The notes beneath the pieces are model-generated. The model saw only the letters and a list, made by a program, of their open reading frames with translations, was not told the DNA's origin and did no database searches. Shown piece after piece: positions 13,197 to 26,556 of a stretch of DNA of 64,000 nt. Position 1 is the first letter of the stretch; every line of letters begins with the position of its first letter. The translations under genes and the position numbers were made by a program. Source of the stretch: Toensbergia leucococca (taxonomy: Eukaryota); assembly GCA_022813965.1 (NCBI GenBank), contig JALDZS010000104.1:1-64000 (forward strand), given 5' to 3'.

Positions 13197-14396
13197 ATTC
13201 AAAAGTTACAAATCGAGTCTAGTACTCTTGAACCCTCACGCGTCCTAAGCTGTTCTATGCTCTGATGCCATGATCCAAAATGCGAGTCGCAAGATTGCTA
13301 GGTTTTGTTGACAACAGCCACTACAATCAAGACTTGTCGTATCGAAGGGCACAGGTATCGATCGAATTCACATGCGACAACTCTCCTTCGGTGTACATTA
13401 TACCTTGTCCCAGCTCGTTTCCTAGGCATTTGTTTTACCTGCAACAAGCTATCTGGAGCTACCTCACATCTTCTTTCACTTCTAATTGCCTACACTTCAC
13501 ATTGATTAACCCAGGAAACATCATCTACCATCCAGGACCTCTCCACCTCACGCAAGTACCGGGCTGCCGCTCACCACCCATTCTTCTCATGCCCACAGCG
13601 AAAACCTTCAATAATGGTCAACGTAGTCTCAACTGGAACAGAAGCTCATCCCATCCATGACTGGCAAATGCACGACATGCATTACACATCTGTACCGCTC
13701 AACTCCACCCTTATCACTCATATTCATTCAATTAAGCATGACCGCATATCTCATAACCTCGCTTCAAAGAAGGCTTTCAGACCGTAGAGTAACTAAAGGC
13801 CGTAGAGTACCTTGACATCATAGCCGTCATGACAGCGAGCTTTACCCTATCTGTGACTTTACTCTCAGCCTCTCTCAAGCTCCTTCAGGTTTAGTCCCCT
13901 AAAACAAAAGCCCCTTGAGAAACACTATTTTAAGTTCAGGGTTCATAAGAGGCAAGGTTTTCATGACTTAGCCTAAATGAGATTATTAAGGGTAGGTAGC
14001 GTTAAGGGTGATCTTTTTCAGTGTTTGGATAGTATGGGCTTGAAACGGGTGAAAGTTTGTTGTGAGAGAGAGGGTATATAAGCTGATTGAAGAACGTGAG
14101 TGATTTCTTCTGTAGAACATCTTCTGTTACCTTGATACTTTTTCCGAAAAATCGATCTTGTTTGAAATCAATCTTTCAGCAAACATCTGCTGCTTTGATA
14201 CCGGATTTTGAATCTTTGTGTTTACATCTCCAAACACGGGGTATCGATCGATTTGAAAGGGTACGTCCCGGAATCTTTGAGATACAATCTCCTCATCCGA
14301 TCGTTGCATATCCCCCTCGTCATACCCACATACATACAAACTCACCCCCTAACAAAAATCTCCATTTCCTCTCCTCCCCCAAACCAAAAAAAAAAC

Positions 14397-14594
14397 ATGC
14401 GTCTCACTCTCATCATCATCCTCACCGCTCTCCTATCCGCCCTGACCCTCGCGGCCCCCATCTCTCCATCACCCATCAGCCACAACGCCACGGTTGACAA
14501 GGGACTCTATACTCACATTGTGCCGCCACCGGCGCTTTCGTCGCGATCGGTCTTTAGTATCCTTGAGTGTCTTTTCTTTGATCAGGATTGTTGA
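14397..14594 (+). CDS. Small secreted peptide (65 aa)
   Basis: MRLTLIIILTALLSALTLAAP is a classical signal peptide with an A-rich start context (aaaacATG). The C-terminus is SVFSILECLFFDQDC*. Confidence 0.6.
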   Translation: MRLTLIIILTALLSALTLAAPISPSPISHNATVDKGLYTHIVPPPALSSRSVFSILECLFFDQDC

Positions 14595-16179
14595 GGGATG
14601 GTTGGGGTTTTGGGGGATTGGGTGGGAGGATGGGCTGGGTTTTTGGGGGGGGGGTGGGGGGGGGGGTTAGGGGGATGGGTGTTTTACTAGAGAGTTGATG
14701 TGTTGTGGTTATTTTTTAATGGGGGTAGTTGATCAAAGATCTGTGTTTTATCAGTGTCAGCTTCTTTCTTGATTGTGACAATGAGTGAAGTGCTGATGAT
14801 TGTCTGTGTGATCTGAATTGATGGGTTGTCATCTTTGCTGCAGGACCATAGTAGTCTTTCAAGGTACTGCGTCACTGTTGGGATGAAAGATAAGCATAAG
14901 AAACTTGTACTGCATAATCTCTGTTGTATATTTCAATTTTATTAACTTTCTCACAATGTTTCTCATCTCATTCCTTTTATATCATCTCTGTTCTTAAGCT
15001 TTACTTTTGATTAATTTTGATAGAAGTGTCTTGAGAAACTCTGAAAAAAACACTATAAATTTTAAAAGAAAATTGCGCGCAGAATCATTGAGAAGGGCTT
15101 AATCTATGATTACTTGTATCTGCTGTCTTTAATGTGCTTGTCTCTGAAATTATAAAAAATTCTTGTTCTGAAATGTGCTCAGGTCTTTGATACTCTTTTT
15201 TTTTTCAACTCAACTGTTAGCAAAATAAATTGACGCTTAAATAAGCAGACATATGAATAAGTTAGAAGCATCTTGCATCTTCTGTGAGGGTGAGGGTTGT
15301 CAATAAGACTGTATTGCAGACAAATCTAAGTCAGAATATTCTGCTGAAAAACAGTTCATTGATAGACGTGAAGGCTGTTTGTACTCAGGATCAAAGAATC
15401 TCACATCATTCACTCACAATGTAGCATCACTGTCAGTGTTGTTATCTCTGCTAGGTGAGGCCTTGAGGTTTAGGAGGACTGAGGCGTCCGCTGACATTTT
15501 CAATGTTTCTGACAAACCTCTTGAAACATAGCTTGTGACTCATGTCTTTGAGCGTCCAGAAAAGCCACCGCCAGTTGTACTTCTCACTCACCATTGTCTC
15601 ATTCTTTAATTCAATAGAGTTGATGTATATGTCTCTTCTCTGCTGACGTACCTGATGTTGAAGTGAATTTGCTCATGACTGAACTCTTGACTGATTTCAC
15701 CAGGGTCTGACACTAGACTGAAGTGGCCTGAAGGCCTGAGAAACTGAAATGAAGGGCCGGCAATATTGAGATTTGGTGAGATTGATCCTCATCAACTTGT
15801 CAGGTGCCTTGAGGGTATTCACCGTACTGCTAATCATCAGTGAGAGAGTATGGGCTAGCTTATTGACAGGCCTCAGAATAGCTGCTTCAAAGCTTCATAT
15901 ATCACTACGTAATCTGAATTTATCAATTACTCATTCAGGCCGGTCAGGCTGAAGGTTCTAGTGATTCTAACCTACCTCATCACTGATCTAGCTGTGATTG
16001 AGATGAAATTCAACTTGCCGCAGGTTGAATTGTAGCAGATTGAAAGTAATTACTTGTAATACTATGAATTGCTTGGTGAGTCATCAAGGAAATTAAATTA
16101 GTATCACTGTGTTCAGTAGAGAGAAAAGCTTTCAACTCAAACGCAGACAGTGATTGACATACCAGCCTTATAATCCGTG

Positions 16180-17350
16180 ATCAGCTCTAAAGCGTTATCA
16201 AGATTCTTGATGTTCAATCACTGATCAAATTCTGAACCATAAAATCTTCACTTAATGAGGTATTCAGTTGTCATTTCCCTTCCCTTTCAGATGACTCATT
16301 TGTTCAAAAGTTTCTCTAGTTTGAAAGACTTGTAGGGATCTGTATCACCTTTTATGAATACTAGGGGTGAATGTTCTGACTGTGACCTTGTGAAGGGATT
16401 ATTGAGGGCCTGAGGTCTAGCTGCGTGATACTAAACACTGAGTGTATTCACCAATGTTCTGAGATTTTAAGCTTATAGGCTAGTCAGTCAACGCGTTTCA
16501 GGACCTTAAACGGGGCTGTATATTGTAGACTCAACTTGTTTTCAAGCAGTTGCGGTATTGAGCAACCATGGTGAAGTTGATTCAGATTGCTCACTTTCTC
16601 TTCATGAGCGCAGGTCAATAACAATGTTTCTGAGTTCTAATCTGACTTTATTGAATCTCATTGAGGGTGTCATGATGATCTTCAGTAGCTTTGCATTTTT
16701 TGACTATCATAGAGAAGAAGGGAAGGAAGTTTAGGTTTGAGAATGTTACAATTTCAGAGGTCTTCAAATGCTGAAAATGTGAAAAAGTATTTGATGTCAA
16801 GTGCAGAGTAAGTCTGAAGCTCTTTTTCAGTATCTCACATCTAAGCAGCTTAAGTCTGATTGAAGTTTTATTTTCTCACTTGAGAGACTTAAAAAGGGGG
16901 AACTTGAAATCAAGATTGCATATGCTAGTGTCTTCAAAGATAATCAAGGGGTCAGGATGTAAGATAGAATTCTAAAGCTTCAGAGAAAAGGAAGTGCAGG
17001 AGAAGAAACTGCTAAATCTAGTCATGATGCAAAATTGAAGATATTTTAGATATGATAGTAATGTAAGAAAAGGTAGCTGAAAAAATGAGAAAGACTTGAC
17101 GGTAACTCAAAACCTGATTATGTAGGAGGTTCATTGAGTCATGCTGCCTTAAGTACGTACTATGAGAGCGCAGCAACTTATGAGTGACATAAAGAAGCCT
17201 AAGCCTTCCTTTTGAACTCACATTCACATGAGCTGCTATTAGTGACACAGGAGGCTCTGATTGACCCTCTGTAATAAAGCGTCTTTGTTGAGTAGAGTAG
17301 ATACCTGCGATCCAGGAAGATATGACACTACATCTAAGCACTTCTTTATA
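16180..17350 (-). mobile_element. Degenerate gypsy integrase C-terminus plus chromodomain (chromovirus relic)
   Basis: The minus strand reads IHSVFSITQLD (cf. IHPVFSVAQLE) and EYLIK*RFYGSEFDQ*LNIKNLDNALELITDY, a chromodomain with TGG>TGA changes. Confidence 0.65.
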
Positions 17351-17353
17351 CAT

Positions 17354-17530
17354 TGTTTCGTGTCAGCTGACCATAGACCTGGACGAGGGACCTAGCAGTG
17401 AGTGCTGTCCCCGTGACTGAATCAAGAGGGCGTTGATATAGCTCGCCCTATACTATCCGATCTATTGAGGTGTGATCGCCCCCAGTAGAAATCCACATCC
17501 TACCCTGGTAATGCTAGGACAATAATAGCG
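17354..17530 (+). mobile_element. Putative short LTR (~168 bp, TG...CA) followed by a PBS-like AATAATAGCG
   Basis: tgtttcg...ctaggaca is followed by ataatagcg, the same post-LTR word as in the 58 kb elements, interpretable as mutated TGGTAGC (tRNA-iMet-type PBS). No partner LTR was identified. Confidence 0.35.
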
Positions 17531-17802
17531 GGTCAGCTGTGAATGAAGGACGCAAGTTGTTTTCGCCAAATTGAGAGCGTAGGAAGTTGTTCCTGCTGTA
17601 CGGCAGCGAGGGCGGCACCGGCACCGGCGGCGTTTCAAAGTATCATCACCCTGCCGTATCATCGTATGAAGTCCGTAAAATCGTAACTCAAACTTCGTAT
17701 GAGGCAGCTGCACCGGTGGTGTTCTATTTCAGTGTTTGAGATCGGGACTCAGGAGACTCAAATGCAAATACAACTTCAGCAAACGTATCGGCTGGCGCTA
17801 TA

Positions 17803-18217
17803 ATTTAGCGTATTCAATTCATCTGCGAAATCTTGGCACCGCACATTCTCCTTTCACCTCCACCTCAATTCCGAAGCCTACATCAAAATTAGTGCTGTAA
17901 ACTCAACAACCCTAGGAAATCATCTGGAAGCATCTGTTGACATCATTCAGTAGGTGAGTAACGCTTATAAATGCTTCAGAGATTTGAACAGTAATGGTAG
18001 TCCGCCCCCCTCAAAATTGACATATTGCGGTCATGACCCCCAACACTGCTAGAATCCTTAGATGAGCGATAAATTTCTAATGAATGATCTTCTCAGATGA
18101 TTCCCTAGGGCTGTTGAGTTTACAGTACTAATTTTGGTGTAGGCTTCGGAATTGAGGTGGAGGTGGAAGGAGAATGTGCGGTGCCAAGATTTCGCAGATG
18201 AATTGAATACGCTAAAT
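17803..18217. repeat. Inverted repeat with ~124-bp arms (17803-17926 / 18094-18217) and ~167-bp spacer
   Basis: Manual reverse-complement alignment shows the arms differ by about five substitutions, all transitions. Confidence 0.9.
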
Positions 18218-21200
18218 GGCGTTTTTTGATCCGAGACCGTCCCATTGTGATACACAACGGCCCCTTCTGCTTTGTTATTTTCAAGCCCAAAAGATGGACG
18301 CAGTTCAGAAAAACACTGATGGCTTTGACCTTAGGGGTTCGGAAACGCAACTTTAACTTTCCCGGAACCACGGATGTAACTCCTCGGAAGATTCTTGGGC
18401 AATCTTTGCCGGCCCTTGCCTCTCGTATTCAGGCCCAGTCAAGATGTGTCTCGCCGGCGTTGAGGAACCTAGTCATATTGATGTCAGATAGACGGTAAAA
18501 GTAATAGTAAAACGGAACCCATAAGTCTTTCTTCGCGATATGCCACCCGGAACGCAGGGACGATTTTGATCCTTCTCGTTTCATCTCAGTGGCTGTAGCC
18601 TCGTCTCTGTCGTCGAACAACACACGCATGGTGTCCTAGAGTTCTACCCACTTTAGCAAAGGCTCACTAGATGCCCCTTCGTGATCGTGTTCAAACACTC
18701 TCTCGGTCATGGCGGGGTGCTTTTCTAGATATCCATCTGAATATGGCTCTTCATTCCTCTAAGTCTTGAATGATTCGTCGGCAGGTCAGTAACAGCGCTG
18801 CCGATCCAGGAGATAGTTTGTACTCCGGCATGATGTACCGCTCAAGTCTATCGATTATTGATTCAGTTTCCGAAGTGGCTACTTTGCACAAGTCTTCGAT
18901 GATCCCTCCCAATTCTCCTGCCGTCTTAAGCTTCCATCCAGGTTGGCCAATGCCGTTGCCGTAGCAAATCGCCATCTAGTGAAGCCTTTCGTCTCTGACT
19001 CATTATTTTTTTAAGCAGACTGCAGATACCAACAATTGAGAGCATTACAATGACTTGGCCAATTGCTCGCACTCAGGTCATGACTTCCTCCCACTGGCCG
19101 GTGGCGACTCCGCTTCTCTAGTTAGATGAGAAACAATCAGTACAGCAAATGAACATACCTGATCATCAACCTCGCCCCCTCCTCCTCCTCGGGACATCGC
19201 TCGTCCTCCTCTCCCTCCTCCTCCCCCTGCGGCTCATTCTCCTTCTCCTTTTTTTTGTTCTGCTTTCTTGTCTTTCTTCTTCTTGTCTTTTTCCTTTCTT
19301 CGCTGCTTCTGTACCTTGAATTTTTTATTATTCTATATACAGTCTGCCATAATCAAAAGTTTGATTCGTCGAAAACCTCGTCACCACAGCTCTAACATGC
19401 ACATCTATTCTTCATTAAAAATGAAACATTCAGAAAGATTTGCGAAAAGAATGAAGAAAATTCACTCTATATTCGCAGCCGCAAGGGAGAAGATCGAGGT
19501 CATCCATACCGCGCGGTTTATCGATGCCCTTAGGTTTTGACTATTCTTCGTTTTTAACGCAACTATATAAAATAAGTTCGGAAATAACGGATAAATTTAC
19601 CTCATGGCCTTTGGAGCATGTATGGCATTTGGAGGGCTTGTCCTGCTGCCGGAAGAATTTGGCCCTAGACAACATTCAGAAAAACAGAAAACATACTCTA
19701 TCTGGCTGCTATCTGTATCTAGGTGGTTATTCAGAATCACATTCTTCAGACCCCTCCGAACGAATTTGATTAACTCGGATGGCTTTTTCAGGATGAGTGT
19801 GATTTGCCGCTTTCTTGAGCTGACAGACACTAGGATCTCTGCATACGGGCCGCCGGTGAGCAGCGTAGCCATGAGTGGCGAAGTTGATAGGAAGATGTTA
19901 AAAGTCTGTAGGGAGAACTCTTCTCAAGGGAGGAAAATAGTCTTGTACAATTGGCCTCACTATCACAAAAGAATCCACAGCACACGCATGATGAGCACAG
20001 CAAGGATCCTCACGGCTGACAAACATTGAATGAGATTCAAAGGTGATAATATATGAGAAAGTCTTTCACTTATTCACATTGTCTTCATTCACCTCTTTCT
20101 TACCTCTTATAAGGTAGCGCTGTTTCTGTGTTTTCATGAGCATGCTACTTAGATAGAAAGCAAAGATGCCACCTAGCCTGATTGCGTTTGCTTAATCAAC
20201 AGTCTGACAGATACTCTTTCATTGAAAATATTCTGAAAGGATTCTCGGTGATTTAATCACAATGACAAAGGCAATTTTCACTCTCATATTCTATAAATAT
20301 GAAGACTCTGAGCTCAGTGAAAACATTAGCTTCATTCAACATAAGCAGACCTTATACTGTGAGCAAAATGTACAGCAGTCTCTTCTATCTTTCTTGATAG
20401 AGATTCTGATTCATACATTCTCTAGCCTTCTTGACTGACACTTCAGGCGATGTTAGAGATTCTCAGGACCAAGATGCCTTGAGTCATATGAAGCTCTTGT
20501 GTACCGCAAGTACATGTGGAGGCCTCACTATGAATGTATTTGCCCGTCAAATCCTGAGTAAAGAGGACTTTGCCGTCTTCTGCCACAATACAACCTACGT
20601 ACAAATCACTTTGAGCAACCTTCTAGAAATTGGTCAGCTTATAAATTAGTCATGAGAGTCATAGAAACTGCTATCTCTTTCAACCAATATAGTTCTACGG
20701 AATGAGATGATATTAACGTCATCCTTGATATTGTAGTGACAACATTTTACGAAGGCACAGACTCACTGATTGCTTCGATCGTCACCTTCTCTGACTGCTT
20801 ATATTCAATATTCAACCTGATCACTACACGAACATTCCCATCTGAGCCCAGGATATAATCCTCAGCCAAGTTCCTTCAACTCTTTATCCTTCTGTAATGA
20901 GAGTCCTTAGGAGATCCGGATGTCGGAAGGACGGTGAAGTATTTAGTAACGATCGTCTTTTAGGAAATTGACATGTAAGTGTACTTAGAATGAATTAATG
21001 TGAGTATTCAGATGAAATAACCTTGAAAGACTTGACGGGCACTCAATGAGTAAAATGTGTCTTATCTATGATGTGTGATATGAAATGTGATGGCCTGATG
21101 AGGGATGATGATGAAGAAGGAAAGAAGTGAGGGTTTAACTTGAATATTCTGCCTTTTCAGTGTAACGACTAATTCACTGAACTTGCTAACAAAGAAGATG

Positions 21201-21699
21201 GACCGTGCGACCTTTGCCCTTGACAATGGATATACTGTAAGTATTTCAGTGTGTTTCCTAGTGATAGGTGAGGCTAAAACCCATTGTCATCATTCAGAAG
21301 AATGATCTCTCTGTGGCTGATACTTGTACTCAGTCAATTTTTCTCAAGGGTATCATGCTCAGCCATTTGAATTCATATATCAATATGAATCGTCACATAT
21401 GAGGATAAGTGACTGAATTAGTGAGCCGGACACTCAAAAGACATGAGAGCAAATCAGAGACCTGAAGACGAGCGGTGACACGAAACCGAGCGGGAGAAAC
21501 GAAAGCTAGCAGGAGACACGAAGGCCAATGCAAGTATGAAGATGTGAGGGACACATGAAGGTGAGCGTAGCACGTGAAAGTGAGCAGAAGAACCTATATC
21601 AACCTATTGGTTAGAATATGAAGAGTCTAGGATTGAGGAGTAGAGAAGTAAATACCGAGGAATTAACACTTCACCCTTACTAGAGTAGATCCATATAAT

Positions 21700-23600
21700 C
21701 CTGCTCAGACCGTTGAAAGTCCACGGGTTTCCGACTGAGCTCGTATGTACTCTTCTGCGGCAGCCTTGACGATAATCTTTATATACGTTCTGATCACCCC
21801 CTTGACCATATCGTAGGTTGGCAGACTATTAATCTGTACTGCCGCTATGGTTCCCATTCCTAAGATTTTTTGACTTATGCCTTTCTCGTATCGTGGTATG
21901 ATTTTGGCCTGCTTTGCTTCGTCTCCGAATAGGTTTATTCTACTAATGATTACGTATCTTTACTGTAATATGCTATCATCTCATCTTTTTGCTGCCCTAC
22001 CGACTCAAAGCTGATGAGTTTCATTTCACTATCTGAGAAACTTGGTCGTTTGCTCATGCATCATTTTCAGGTTCGAGATCCCGGGTGGAAAGGTCTTGTC
22101 ATTTGTAGATTACTTCTCATCATCGTCGTCTGTATTAGACTCAGTCAATTTTGCATGTGAGTGTTTTGATATAGGTCGAGTGGTACGCGGGCATCCATTG
22201 AGTTGTTTTCAATTGGCAGTGAAGCATAGTAACTACGAAGGCGCCAAGCCCGGCCGATGAGAGAGTTGAGGATCGTCGTTGCCACGCTCTCAAATCTCAG
22301 AGACGGAGAGACCCGTTTTGAATCCGAGTCAATGCTGCTAGTCAGAGATTTGTAGAAGAATGTACGTGCTGAGAAACATGTATGCAGAAAAGATCATTTT
22401 TCACTAAACACGGAGACTCCGTGATGCTCACAACTTACTGTTGTACACGTTATTTTCGTCGCAGCAGCAAGTGTGAGACCTCGAGCTGGCTAACCCCAAA
22501 GCATTAGCTCAAGTAACATTGAACAAGAGAGAAATAGCATTGAATTGGCGGCGGAGGTCCGAGAGTACTGGCGAATCCCATGTCAAAAGTCTAGAGAACT
22601 CAATTCAAACTCCTTGAAGTGCTTAAGCTGGCGACTTAAAAGTTTCATCACCCTATTTGATAGGATTCTTACACCAACTTGATTCTCATCGTCACTATCT
22701 GTTGCAGGGAATCCCGACAAGCTCATTATTAACTTATCTATAGATTAGAAACTCTTTCAAAATGGAATACCGATCTTGTTGGTGCTTTGTGTGCCGTTCG
22801 CTTTGCACCTCTCAAGCCTTTTTGCGCCTTATTCATAATAAGTTAGCAATATATTATCTATGAATTCACAATTCATACCTTTTCTTTCATCACTTCTTAC
22901 TTTATCTCAGGCGTGACGGCCTGGTCGGCATACGTCAACTTGACTGAGTCGGCCTGATAGATCAGTAATGCATTAAGAATTTGTATTTCAGCGGTATCTC
23001 CATCCAGTGTTCTTCCGGCAAATCGACGAATCCACCCTTATCTTCCCATATTTCAGGAACTTCAGCGACCACCCCAGCTATCTGAATAGTGACATCAGGT
23101 TCCCCATATATATAAACGCCGTTAGGTAGCTTAGTCTCGAGTTGTGGATCCGAGGCCATGGTGGATGTGCCGAGGGCAGGAATATCCAGGGCGGGAATAT
23201 CAAATTTTGATATATTCGGTTCCCGGGTGTTCAATATATCGACGTTCGTCTTAGTCGTAGCCATGGCCGTTGCTGCTAGCAATGCGAAGGCCTTCTTGGT
23301 TCATCCTGTTCGTCGAGTCTCCTTGGATTCCTTAATCGCGAGCTCCATACAGTCTGGATCTTGGCCAGCGTAGCAGCAGTTGGAGTAATCCATCTCAGAG
23401 ATCATCCCAAGTCGAGAACGACAAGGCAATGTCACATCGTGATCCGAGTCATTCCGAACCATAATCGTGGAAGTCGTGGAATCCACCAATTGGGCATACA
23501 GATCCAGGTCCCAGTTCTCTGTTGGTTCAAACAGAAAATCACGATCCGTGGGCAACGGTCCAGCACCGTGGTTCACTGAAATAGCGGGGTGGGTCTTAGC
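21700..23600 (-). mobile_element. Ty3/gypsy pol fragment (post-protease region into reverse transcriptase)
   Basis: ORF-track peptides LPTDRDFLFEP...LYAQLVD...VRNDS...RSRLG and LETKLPNGVYIYG...PEIWEDKGGFVDLPEEHWMEIPL are characteristic of the segment preceding RT in ascomycete gypsy polyproteins. Confidence 0.7.
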
Positions 23601-26293
23601 AGGAATTAAGGAAGCTTACATCCTCTGTTTCTGAATCTATAGTAGTGATAGACTTTGAAATCTGTCTGAAGCAACTCGTCATGATGCTGAAAATTTGCTC
23701 AGAAGATCAATCAGTATTCAGGGTCTGCAATTCAACCTATGATCTGTCACAAGCAGGTTTATTGCTCAGTCACACATCTTAGATGATGATTATCTGTATA
23801 AACACTCACTAGCCGTCCAAGAAGCTCTGAATTGAGAAATGCAAGTTCTTCCCTCACAATTTGCCTAAAACCATGTGTTGTATCATGATTGATTATCGTT
23901 CGGGTTCTAGAATAAATGCTCCTTGATCAAGCTGTTTGATTCCCTTTCGTCGAAGTAAATCTGTCATTTGTGTCGTATCCGAATGGAATTTTGAAGCTGA
24001 ACAGTTCTGACCTCACTGATATTTATTCTTTGACATGGGGATCTTCGACCTCAACCTCGACAAATGCCTGAAGCTATGATTTTATGAAGATGGCCAAGAA
24101 TAGATGATCTTTTTGATACTGCGCATGCAAATATTCTCATCCTCATTCAGGTCATGCGCACACATATCTGGTCGGTCAGTACGTATGTGACTGACCTAAT
24201 GTTATAATTTGCCCTCAAATTAGATTGTCAGAACTTCAAATTCTGATCTGAGATTTTGGATTCCTTCCGGTCCGACATGAATAACGACTTTTATCCGCAG
24301 ACCTGGCATCAAACTCTTGAGAGCATCTGGCTCTTTGAGAAAACTGCATTCGAATAGATTTGATGACGCTGACAATTCACAGCGTGGACGGACTCACCAT
24401 GGAGCGCATTGGTGAGTTCCGCAAGGCCATTGTTACTCTTATCAGACCTATGCGGAGTCCTCCGGGGTATCTATCATTCTGACATCGTTGACAGGCTTGA
24501 ATGATGGAAAAATTGATAAGGATGATGAGACAGCTTGCTCACAATTCGTTGTTTGAACGTCCTTCACAGAGTCTGGTGACGATTCTGGTTGCGCCTACCA
24601 TAAGAGTTATAATTGGCTTGGGTTCTTATTTCTCTAGCTGTGAGACGGTAGCTGTACTTTGTTGAGATGAAAGGATAGTGAGTTGAAGTCAGTGACGGTC
24701 TGTTCAATAGGGGACTCATCTTCTAGTAGGTCAGCTACTTCGGCGGCGGATCCAGCCTATAAGTCAGCATCATCAGAGAGCAGCAGGTTCACTGCCTCCA
24801 TGTATTTCATGGGTGGGATGGCACCGTCCTCGTCAGCCACAGGTCCTAGGTCATACTTTAGTATCTTGGACCATCGCGAGGCAGCTTGGCCCTCCTTCCC
24901 AAAGAGGCACCAAAAGTGAAGAACGTAGTTTGTTTCATCTTGGCTGTTGCGGATACTGGCATTGGTGAGTGAGGTCCTGAGGGGAGCCGAATAGTGGGAG
25001 GAGACGCTAGAAGCAAGGATGGTGGTGGGGATCCACTGGTCAAAGATCCTGAAGACAGTTGAGGCGAGTCACTCAGTGAGTCCCCTCGAAACAGCGGAAG
25101 AGTGAAATGAGTCTGATTATTCATGTCATCGTCCATCAATTCTCAATACAAGTATAAATAGCCAGGTATATCTCTATTCATCCCATAGCTAGGAAAACAC
25201 ATATATAAGGATCCTCTGCCGATTTCTGTCTGCTCCGCTGAGTCTCTCGCATTGTGCTTTGGATCTTCCGTTCCCAAATATCCATTGCTGACTTCGCAGG
25301 AATCGGTAGCGTCTTTGACTGCATCCGTAGGACTGTGATGAGAATCTTTGCTAGTAAAGTCAATCAGCCAGCTGTCAGAGCTGACCTTTTTTTGTGTTTT
25401 TTTTGGGAAACGCTTGTGACAAGCCTTCGTTTCTGTTAGGCACTGCAGCTAGAAGTGAGGGCTTGAATCCCTGCATATTCGAAGCTAAAGATGGCTGTGA
25501 ATCTTTTGACGTAAAGAGGAAGTACAAATTAGGAGGATTCACCTCTTTTATTTACGCAGGAATGCTCACACAGCACATGAGAAACCAAGTAAAGACATTT
25601 TTCGTGAGGAGACAGTGAGTTTCATTGTAACTCGTGTCTATCTTTGAGGCGAGGAATCCGAACTTACTCCGGTAGGATCTTCCCGGTTTTCTGTTGTACA
25701 TGAGGGTTGTTTCCTGCGTATCAACTCAGTAAACAAAGACGTACAGTAGACGAGAGCCAAGCTCCATTACTGACAAGTAAACTCCATTCCTTCTATAATG
25801 CCACGGTAAGCTGGCGGCGATGGCGCACGGGAGGATTGAAAGAGACTCTGTCAATGAGATTTAGATAATTCTTCAATACATGAAGAAGAGAGTACTTACA
25901 CAAAGATCAAATCTTCAATGTCTAGAAAGAGCAGAGTGCTGAGATTGAAATTGAACATCTCAGATTCTATGATCTGTTATACCTTGCATCATGAAGCCTC
26001 AATAAGCTTGAAGCAGAAAAAGTGAGTATGATAATGCACTTTTCATGGTATTTGATTGAGAATGCTGCATTGCTGCATTGCATCATTGATGACCTGAGCT
26101 AATAAAAAAGCGGTGAGGTCCTGGGATCAAGCAGAGTTATATATATATGTATAAAAGAGTGACTGGTGAGTCAAGGATCTTAGTTTCATTTCAATGCTCC
26201 TTTTATGGTGATAGGTAGGTTTGTAAGATGATCAATTAGATAGCAGCCTAGGGCTGAGTCACGTGAAAGCAGCAGGCGTAGTCACAGCTACGG

Positions 26294-26556
26294 TGTTACG
26301 TAGCCATGTGATACTCACAATAGAGGTAACAGTTAACAAGGAATATCAGGAGAGGTACTCAATAACTGGCGTGAATTTATGACAATCCTCAGCGTCAACA
26401 ACTGACCCGTGAATAACATGACGGAATATTGAGCAGATAGTCAACAACTGACGTACCTAAGGTAGGATAGGTGGTGTGACCAACAAACAGTCCCCAGCCT
26501 AGGGTAGATGACTTATGAACGATGGAAAGTGCAGGGTGTAGGGTACCCTGTCAACA
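26294..26556. mobile_element. Possible LTR (TGTTACG...GTCAACA) upstream of minus-strand gag-like relics at ~24.7-25.1 kb
   Basis: TG..CA ends and internal short repeats (gtcaacaactgac x2). No partner LTR found. Confidence 0.3.

Noticed and set aside
21460..21590. Degenerate ~18-19-bp tandem repeats (acacgaag..gagc) that superficially resemble an array
   Set aside because: There are no unique spacers and the context is eukaryotic; most likely internal repeats of an LTR, not CRISPR.
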